Positions 11,665 to 20,078 of a stretch of DNA of 64,000 nucleotides are shown piece after piece. Origin of the DNA: Eledone cirrhosa (Eukaryota); assembly GCA_964016885.1 (NCBI GenBank), contig OZ024765.1:14136001-14200000 (forward strand), in the 5' to 3' direction. How positions within the stretch are numbered: the stretch's first letter is position 1; each line of letters starts with the position of its first letter. Below the pieces are notes generated by a model. It was not told the origin of the DNA. It ran no database searches and saw nothing but the letters and a program-made list of their open reading frames with translations. A program made the position numbers and the translations under genes.

Positions 11665-12774
11665 CTGCTTATTAACTCTTTCCCGAAACATTTATTTCTT
11701 CAAAATAAGGTAAGACATCTCGAAAAATATTATAAGGTGTTTCAATAATTATTCCGTTTCAGTCAATTTCTCATTTCAGCTTTCTTTAGAAATGTCATGG
11801 CGTTGAAGATACATATATTTGTTCTTCTCATAGTAATTAGTTTGTTTCAAAATTGTTCGTATTGTTTCCATGTTTAGTGTCACAAACTATCTATCGTTAA
11901 TTCAAGATTTTGCTCTAATGTAATAAATGTTACTTTTAAAAGACTGAAGCTCTCAATTTTTTCTTTTTCTTGTATATTGATATCTAAAGAATGGCAACTG
12001 TGTGTGTTATGTGATAGGAGAAAAAAAACAACGGCCTTCTTCCATCGCTATAGAAGGCTAACTGACAATGTCGTTCGTAGGAATGACAAGTACTCGGCAA
12101 CAGTGAGCATCACATATTTAGTGATGGTCACCTCTTACTGCCTTTTATATACCATGTTAACTGGAAAGACTTGCCAAGTATGGATACACTCTCTCCTTAT
12201 CAATATTGCCCGAGTCCGAGGACATTTTCTCCCTGGTTAAGGAATGAGATAAAATATTAGGGATCAATCTCTAGCAATAATTAAATTAAATTATATTTAA
12301 CCAAAACTGTTATGTCGTGGTTGTTGCTATATTTTATAGTCGTGGTTTCAATGTTTAACAGGGGTTGTAGAATTAGATTTATCTAATTATTATAAAACAA
12401 AACAGATTTATATATTGTCGCCGTTGTACGTTAAAATCGCATATATATTTATATACACACCAAGGATGGAGGGACGACGGAATTGAAAACCATTATTGCT
12501 GAGTACATCACGGCAAGATCTAATACACACACACACACTCTCCCGTATATATTTAATAATCAGCTATGACCATAAAGAAGGTCGTTGTAGGATCTAATGA
12601 ACCCGAAAGAAAGTGAAAATATATTTTATGAAAGCCCCAGAAGAATAAATGTAAACATTGACCCGATTATAGTAGAAATAAGAATGAGAAAGCCATGAAC
12701 GCCAGCACATCTATTTTGCTTTGAAATTGAAAGTAGGTTTATAAATATTAATTTTTTCTTATGTCCTTGTATCT

Positions 12775-12847
12775 GTTTCGTTGGCCTAATGGTAGGTGTT
12801 AGAGACTATGTAGACACTGATGTGGTGTTCAATCTCAGTCCGAATCT
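12775..12847 (+). pseudogene. tRNA-like cassette 1 (degenerate tRNA / SINE-head-like Pol III promoter)
   Basis: A box TGGCCTAATGG, B-box-like TGTTCAATCTC, tRNA length, upstream TTTATAAATA, downstream T5. Stems pair poorly. The four-cassette cluster recurs at 17364-18062, 21928-22626, 26505-27202, 31061-31759, 35633-36331, 40224-40922, 44801-45499, 49384-50082, 53962-54660, 58540-59238 and 63113-63811. Confidence 0.6.
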
Positions 12848-12910
12848 GTACTATATATTTTTAAATTTAAATTTTTCTCTAGCAAAGTAAAAAATGAAAT
12901 TATTATCTAT

Positions 12911-12983
12911 AGACTTTGACTGAGATCGAAACCCCGAGCAGGTTCTCCACCGTCTCTAATACCTACCATTAGGCCACGGAGAC
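12911..12983 (-). pseudogene. tRNA-like cassette 2
   Basis: Minus strand GTCTCCGTGGCCTAATGGTAGGTATTAGAGACGGTGGAGAACCTGCTCGGGGTTTCGATCTCAGTCAAAGTCT. It has an A box and a B-like box but no canonical cloverleaf, and is convergent with cassette 1. Confidence 0.6.
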
Positions 12984-13064
12984 AGATATAAAAACAGTGT
13001 GAAAATTAATATTTATAAAGTTACTTTTTTATTTTTGTTTTATACTATAAAAAAATATAATACG

Positions 13065-13137
13065 ACACACTGCCAGTGATTGAACCCCGGACCTGGACCT
13101 CCACCGGCTCTTATACTTACCACTAGGCTAAAGTGAC
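13065..13137 (-). pseudogene. tRNA-like cassette 3
   Basis: Minus strand GTCACTTTAGCCTAGTGGTAAGTATAAGAGCCGGTGGAGGTCCAGGTCCGGGGTTCAATCACTGGCAGTGTGT. A box TAGCCTAGTGG, B box GGTTCAATC, followed by T6. Confidence 0.65.
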
Positions 13138-13186
13138 GGTTACAGACACTTACTGAAAATTGATATTTATAAACCTACTTTTTCAT

Positions 13187-13361
13187 TACTAGAAAAAACC
13201 GGAAGTGGAGATAATTGAAAAACATCTTCTTTTTCTTCCTCTGATTTTTTTTTATCCAAAATTTGGATTTAAGTCAGAGACGAGTTATCGTTCGTGGCAA
13301 AAATCAGAGGAAGAAAAAGAAAAAGTTTTTCAATTTTCTCCACTTCCGGTTTTTTCTAGTA
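13187..13361. repeat. Hairpin with ~63-bp arms, each carrying ACCGGAAGTG (present in every unit)
   Basis: tactagaaaaaaccggaagtggagataattgaaaaac...ctctgattttt / aaaaatcagagg...ttctccacttccggttttttctagta with a ~48-nt loop. Confidence 0.92.
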
Positions 13362-13401
13362 TAGGTAAGTAAATATTAATTTTCAAAAAATTTTTCTAAC
13401 C

Positions 13402-13474
13402 GTCCCTGTGGCCTAATGGTAAGTACTAGAGACGGTGGAGATACTGATTTAGGGTTCGATTTCCGTTAGGTTCT
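13402..13474 (+). pseudogene. tRNA-like cassette 4
   Basis: GTCCCTGTGGCCTAATGGTAAGTACTAGAGACGGTGGAGATACTGATTTAGGGTTCGATTTCCGTTAGGTTCT. A box TGGCCTAATGG (as in tRNA-Arg), B box GGTTCGATTTC, acceptor stem only 5/7 paired, anticodon stem unpaired, T6 downstream. Confidence 0.7.
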
Positions 13475-13636
13475 ATACTAATAACTGCGTATTTTTTGCT
13501 TTTATTAAGTAAGATTTGAACTAATAATGCTGTACTTTGTAGTAATGTCCCATATTATATTCAAGATATTTTAATTAAAATTTGTTTTTTTTATAAAAGA
13601 AAGAACAAAAAACCTTATTGAAATTAAGAAATGAAT

Positions 13637-13825
13637 TTTATTCAGTAAAGTTGTTTTTATTTTGTATTCACTTCATTAACTGCTGAATACGTCTTTTGTT
13701 TTTGATTCCTTCTAACCATCGTTTACTGCAAATGGTGGCTGCAACGAACCTGGATTATTACCAAGTTTCACTGGATGATTGTATTATTTTGTTGTCAGTG
13801 GACATCTGGACATCTATCTAAATAC
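13637..13825 (-). other. Putative terminal exon, paralog A (repeated in each unit)
   Basis: Minus-strand acceptor cttgtgtttattccAG|GTATTTAGATAGATGTCCAGATGTCCACTGA (YLDRCPDVH*). AATAAA at 13637-13642 and 13656-13661. Homologous to 15601-15766. Confidence 0.4.
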
Positions 13826-14312
13826 CTGGAATAAACACAAGGTGTGTGTTTTACGTAACATTTCATTTTAATGTCTGATGTTCCTGTATATCACATTTAA
13901 AATGTAACCAATAAACAAGACAGGGACGTTACATCAAAAGAAACCACACAGACGAGGTATGAATAATGTAAAATTCATTTTAACAAACTATAAACGATGT
14001 TTAAAGAGAGACAAACATTAAAAAAAAGGATTTCAAACAAACACGTAAACACAAAGACAATTACAGCCATAATCTAATATCTGAAGATCAACATTTTTCA
14101 CGATAGAAATAAAACTAAATATGTAAAGCTTAGTGGCCCCTGATTTACTTGCTTTTAATTTCATTTTGATAAACTGTATTCTGTAGACATATATTTATGA
14201 TTTTAATGATGAAATTTCCTCTTGTCTTTAAAAGATTATTACTTATAAAAAATTATAATAGTTACCTCCTCCTCTGGATTAATATATAGCATCATTCGAG
14301 GTAGCTTACCCC

Positions 14313-14630
14313 CAGGGGTTCCTCAACTGGGCGATTTCAGCTGTTGGGTAGGCGATGAGCAGCTGAACAGAAAATTGAGGGCCATTGGAAACTTTGGTGG
14401 CCGATGTAGAATTTTGAGATTTAAGAAGGTATGCTACCCGAAAACCTATTCAAGGAATATATGCAAAGAACCCGAATAAAAATCAGGAAGCTAATTGGGA
14501 AAATTGAACCAGGAACAAACATTTACGAAACATATTTGGTATACTTTGGAATATTTACTATACAGGTGGCTGGTGGAACATTTTTTCACGTGAATGTGGG
14601 TAATGACGCCAAAATATTTGGCAACCCTTG
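14313..14630. mobile_element. hAT (Buster/Charlie-type) MITE, ~318 bp, one per repeat unit
   Basis: The ends CAGGGGTTCCTCAA ... TTTGGCAACCCTTG are imperfect hAT-type TIRs. The flanks GCTTACCC / GCTTACAC form a 7/8 TSD with central TA; the boundary is uncertain by 1 nt. There is an internal hairpin at 14321-14380. Confidence 0.72.
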
Positions 14631-15457
14631 GCTTACACCTTACTAAATGTTCTGGAGACAAGCCTCATAGTTATATATCATAGTTCTTCAATCCTTCATC
14701 TTCCACCATTGGTGAAGTATTTCGATTTGATATGGCGATCGCAGAGTTAGATTTAGGACGTGGTGGCGTTCATGGGTTTCTTAGTGTTGTTACTAGAAAG
14801 GGTCGACTCTGTCTTTCACACTTCAGGTTTTTTCATGAATTAAATATCCATTTTCTTTCTGATCGGTCTAACAATGATTTCAACCTACAATGACTCCGTC
14901 TGTAATAATGTTCTCTTATTTGAAATATGTCATACCTAACTCCCGTGTCTGTGTGTGTTAAAAATATTCCAACTTAGAGCGACGTTCCCGTAAATTGTTT
15001 AGCCTGAGTCCTATATATAGATAATGTGTAATATTTGAACCTTCATTGAGGGTCTTTGCCGTAATTTCCCGTAACTCCGACTAGAAGTCATTATGTAGTT
15101 TTTTCGTCCGTTAAAAATAATGATTAAAACAATTCTATATCCACAGTTATATACACCTCTTCATCACATATTATATTATTTACACCAATAACTACATTAT
15201 ATCCTTAAATATGACACGAAGATATATAATTTGTAAATAAAAGATAAAATATTAAAACCTCAATTTTTAAATAATTTTACCCCACATTTATGTTCTCAGT
15301 GTTTAGATAAATCCATAATTTTATGATTTTGGAGCAGATAACATAGTACCAGTCATGTACTGGGATCAATTTAACGGATTGGTTCCTCCCCGCAAATTAC
15401 TTGACTTTTGCCTAAGTAAGACATACTCACAGAATGTAACGATGTATATGTATGAAT

Positions 15458-15477
15458 CTATATATATAATAATATAT

Positions 15478-15510
<33 letters not shown>
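15458..15510. repeat. (AT)n microsatellite, length-variable among units
   Basis: The tract length differs between copies (short near 29187, long near 24611), which shifts the spurious 61-71 aa ORFs. Confidence 0.9.
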
Positions 15511-15512
<2 letters not shown>

Positions 15513-15600
15513 TATGTATATATTTTATGTTTACAATAAAAATAGACAAACAATTTAATGATAATATGAAATGAAATTATTATTATTTATTAATAATATT

Positions 15601-15766
15601 TTTATTGTTTTCACTGCATTAACTTCTGAGTGTGACTTTATTTTTCTTACTATTTTCTACTGTAAATGGCGGCTTAATTGGTTTATTACTAACGTTTACT
15701 GGATTGTGGTGTTTCTTTATTGTTTTATATTTCAATCAGTGGACATCAGGATAGCTTTCTATATAC
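15601..15766 (-). other. Putative terminal exon, paralog B (repeated in each unit)
   Basis: Minus-strand acceptor ctctttacatttatcccAG|GTATATAGAAAGCTATCCTGATGTCCACTGA (YIESYPDVH*). AATAAA at 15601-15606. Confidence 0.4.
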
Positions 15767-15984
15767 CTGGGATAAATGTAAAGAGTACTGACTTTCATCT
15801 GCAGTTGAATGGTGATGTCTTCTTATATTTTCATTTACTTCTGCAATACTGTATATTGTAGTCTTTTCATTATTTTAAATATTTCTATCATGTCACTCGT
15901 TTGATATATCTCCCCGAAAGATGTAGTTATTCAGGGCTTTACATTGGAATAGTGTACTACTATTTAAATATTAGTCCTTTACAT

Positions 15985-16285
15985 ATATATTTCTATCATG
16001 TCCCCCCACCCTCTTAGATTTATCTCCTCTAAATTTGCAATCCCTAAAGTTTAACATCTTTCTTCAGAAGACATATTTCTTAATAATTCTGGTGTTTTCT
16101 GTTTTGTTCTTCTCTGGATTCCTTCAATAGCTTCTCCGTGCCCCAAAACAATATTCTAGGTCGTATCACACATATCATTCAACTAGTATTTTAGACCTCT
16201 CGACATTTAGCTAGGCAAAGGAATGTTTTATTATTCCTATCATCTGAATTCCTTTTTTTTCTTCAACATGTTTAGCCATCTTTAA
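15985..16285 (-). mobile_element. Decayed CR1-clade LINE ORF2 3' fragment (one per unit)
   Basis: The minus strand, read through stops and frameshifts, gives KMAKHVEEKKGIQMIGIIKHSF...DLEYC...IEGIQRRTKQKTPELLRNMSSEERC*TLGIANLEEINLRGWGDMIEIY. This matches the CR1 post-RT motif series LG.IKR.F / LEYC / E..QRRATK..P.L...SYEER...LG...LE..R.RGDMIE.YK. Confidence 0.8.
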
Positions 16286-16726
16286 AATCATATTCATACA
16301 TATTCCCAATTCCTCGTGGAGGGGTATAAGAGACATGTATAAATATAGCTGCATATTACTACAAAATAACTTGAACCATATGGCGAAACATTTTGTAAAG
16401 TATCTCTGTAACTATTCTCATTTCGATTTTCTGTAGAATGTATTGACGTTTAAGATAGAGACAATTGCCCTTCTTCTAATAATCTCTTTGTCCATTCCAT
16501 GTTTAGTATCACAAAATATTGTTAATGCAAGATTTTGCTCTAATGTAATAAATGTTACTTTTAAAAGACCGAAGTTCTCAATTTTCTTCTTTCTCTTGTA
16601 TATTGATATCTAAAGGATGACAAATGTATGAATTATGTGATAGGGAGGAAAAAAGCCACGACCTTTTTCTCTCGTTACAGAGGGCTAACTGAGAACGTCT
16701 TTCGCAGGAGTGACTAGTACTACTGC

Positions 16727-16736
16727 CTTTTATATA
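16727..16736 (-). promoter_or_regulatory. Candidate TATA box (TATATAAAAG), also at 12142-12151
   Basis: A consensus TATA conserved between the diverged flank copy and all units, pointing toward the putative exon B. No transcript evidence. Confidence 0.3.
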
Positions 16737-19700
16737 CCGTGACAACTGGAAAGACGTGACAAATAAGGATACACTCTGCTCTCCTTATCAACATTGTCCG
16801 AGTCTGAGGACCTTTCCTCCCTGGTTAAGGAGTGAGATAAAATATTAAGGATCAATCTCTAGCAATAATTTCATTAAATCATATTTAACCAGAGACTGTT
16901 ATGTCGTGGTTGTTGTTATATTTTATAGTCGTGGTTTCAATGTTTAACAGGGGTTGTAGAATTAGATTTATCTAATTATTATAAAACAAAACAGATTTAT
17001 ATATTGTCGCCGTTGTACGTTAAAATCGCATATATATTTATATACACACCAAGGATGGAGGGACGACGGAATTGAAAACCATTATTGCTGAGTACATCAC
17101 GGCAAGATCTAATATACACACACACACTCTCCCGTATATATTTAATAATCAGCTATGACCATAAAGAAGGTCGTTGTAGGATCTAATGAACCCGAAAGAA
17201 AGTGAAAATATATTTTATGAAAGCCCCAGAAGAATAAATGTAAACATTGACCCGATTATAGTAGAAATAAGAATGAGAAAGCCATGAACGCCAGCACATC
17301 TATTTTGCTTTGAAATTGAAAGTAGGTTTATAAATATTAATTTTTTCTTATGTTCTTGTATCTGTTTCGTTGGCCTAATGGTAGGTGTTAGAGACTATGT
17401 AGACACTGATGTGGTGTTCAATCTCAGTCCGAATCTGTACTATATATTTTTAAATTTAAATTTTTCTCTAGCAAAGTAAAAAATGAAATTATTATCTATA
17501 GACTTTGACTGAGATCGAAACCCCGAGCAGGTTCTCCACCGTCTCTAATACCTACCATTAGGCCACGGAGACAGATATAAAAACAGTGTGAAAATTAATA
17601 TTTATAAAGTTACTTTTTTATTTTTGTTTTATACTATAAAAAATATAATACGACACATTGCCAGTGATTGAACCCCGGACCTGGACCTCCATCGGCTCTT
17701 ATACTTACCACTAGGCTGAAGGGACGGTTACAGAAACTTACTGAAAATTGATATTTATAAACCTACTTTTTCATTACTAGAAAAAACCGGAAGTGGAGAT
17801 AATTGAAAAACATCTTCTTTTTCTTCCTCTGATTTTTTTTTATCCAAAATTTGGATTTAAGTCAGAGACGAGTTATCGTTCGTGGCAAAAATCAGAGGAA
17901 GAAAAAGAAAAAGTTTTTCAATTTTCTCCACTTCCGGTTTTTTCTAGTATAGGTAAGTAAATATTAATTTTCAAAAAATTTTTCTAACCGTCCCTGTGGC
18001 CTAATGGTAAGTACTAGAGACGGTGGAGATCCTGATTTAGGGTTCGATTTCCGTTAGGTTCTATACTAATAACTGCGTATTTTTTGCTTTTATTAAGTAA
18101 GATTTGAACTAATAATGCTGTACTTTGTAGTAATGTCCCATATTATATTCAAGATATTTTAATTAAAATTTGTTTTTTTTATAAAAGAAAGAACAAAAAA
18201 CCTTATTGAAATTAAGAAATGAATTTTATTCAGTAAAGTTGTTTTTATTTTGTATTCACTTCATTAACTGCTGAATACGTCTTTTGTTTTTGATTCCTTC
18301 TAACCATCGTTTACTGCACATGGTGGCTGCAACGAACCTGGATTATTACCAAGTTTCACTGGATGATTGTATTATTTTGTTGTCAGTGGACATCTGGACA
18401 TCTATCTAAATACCTGGAATAAACACAAGGTGTGTGTTTTACGTAACATTTCATTTTAATGTCTGATGTTCCTGTATATCACATTTAAAATGTAACCAAT
18501 AAACAAGACAGGGACGCTACATCAAAAGAAACCACACAGACGAGGTATGAATAATGTAAAATTCATTTTAACAAACTATAAACGATGTTTAAAGAGAGAC
18601 AAACATTAAAAAAAAGGATTTCAAACAAACACGTAAACACAAAGACAATTACAGCCATAATCTAATATCTGAAGATCAACATTTTTCACGATAGAAATAA
18701 AACTAAATATGTAAAGCTTAGTGGCCCCTGATTTACTTGCTTTTAATTTCATTTTGATAAACTGTATTCTGTAGACATATATTTATGATTTTAATGATGA
18801 AATTTCCTCTTGTCTTTAAAAGATTATTACTTATAAAAAATTATAATAGTTACCTCCTCCTCTGGATTAATAAATAGCATCATTCGAGGTAGCTTACCCC
18901 TAGGGGTTCCTCAACTGGGCGATTTCAGCTGTTGGGTAGGCGATGAGCAGCTGAACAGAAAATTGAGGGCCATTGGAAACTTTGGTGGCCGATGTAGAAT
19001 TTTGAGATTTAAGAAGGTATGCTACCCGAAAACCTATTCAAGGAATATATGCAAAGAACCCGAATAAAAATCAGGAAGCTAATTGGGAAAATTGAACCAG
19101 GAACAAACATTTACGAAACATATTTGGTATACTTTGGAATATTTACTATACAGGTGGCTGGTGGAACATTTTTTCACGTGAATGTGGGTAATGACGCCAA
19201 AATATTTGGCAACCCTTGGCTTACACCTTACTAAATGTTCTGGAGACAAGCCTCATAGTTATATATCATAGTTCTTCAATCCTTCATCTTCCACCATTGG
19301 TGAAGTATTTCGATTTGATATGACGATCGCAGAGTTAGATTTAGGACGTGGTGGCGTTCATGGGTTTCTTAGTGTTGTTACTAGAAAGGGTCGACTCTGT
19401 CTTTCACACTTCAGGTTTTTTCATGAATTAAATATCCATTTTCTTTCTGATCGGTCTAACAATGATTTCAACCTACTCCGTCTGTAATAATGTTCTCTTA
19501 TTTGAAATATGTCATACCTAACTCCCGTGTCTGTGTGTGTGAAAAATATTCCAACTTAGAGCGACGTTCCCGTAAATTGTTTAGCCTGAGTCCTATATAT
19601 AGATAATGTGTAATATTTGAACCTTCATTGAGGGTCTTTGCCGTAATTTCCCGTAACTCCGACTAGAAGTCATTATGTAGTTTTTTCGTCCGTTAAAAAT

Positions 19701-20042
19701 AATGATTAAAACAATTCTATATCCACAGTTATATACACCGCTTCATCACATATTATATTATTTACACCAATAACTACATTATATCCTTAAATATGACACC
19801 AAGATATATAATTTGTAAATAAAAGATAAAATATTAAAACCTCAATTTTTAAATAATTTTACCCCACATTTATGTTCTCAGATAAATCCATAATTTTATG
19901 ATTTTGGAGCAGATAACATAGTACCAGTCATGTACTGGGATCAATTTAACGGATTGGTTCCTCCCCGCAAATTACTTGACTTTTGCCTAAGTAAGACATA
20001 CTCACAGAATGTAACGATGTATATGTATGAATCTATATATAT

Positions 20043-20078
<36 letters not shown>

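Noticed and set aside
12775-13474. Functional tRNA-His(GTG) or tRNA-Arg gene cluster
   Set aside because: Anticodon, D and T stems do not pair and the conserved U33 is absent, so these are called tRNA-like only.
14431-14646. 71-aa ORF MLPENLFKEY... repeated in most units
   Set aside because: It lies almost wholly within the hAT MITE, crosses its TIR, resembles no protein I recognise, and is frameshifted in units 6, 8 and 11.
15355-15558. MYWDQF... ORFs of 61-71 aa
   Set aside because: They run through a length-variable (AT)n tract that changes the frame among units.
15571-15861. 96-aa hydrophobic ORF intact in all 11 units
   Set aside because: Hydrophobicity follows from T-richness and the units are too similar for intactness to imply selection. 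The paralogous segment at ~13.7 kb has no such ORF, and the splice and polyA signals point to the opposite strand.
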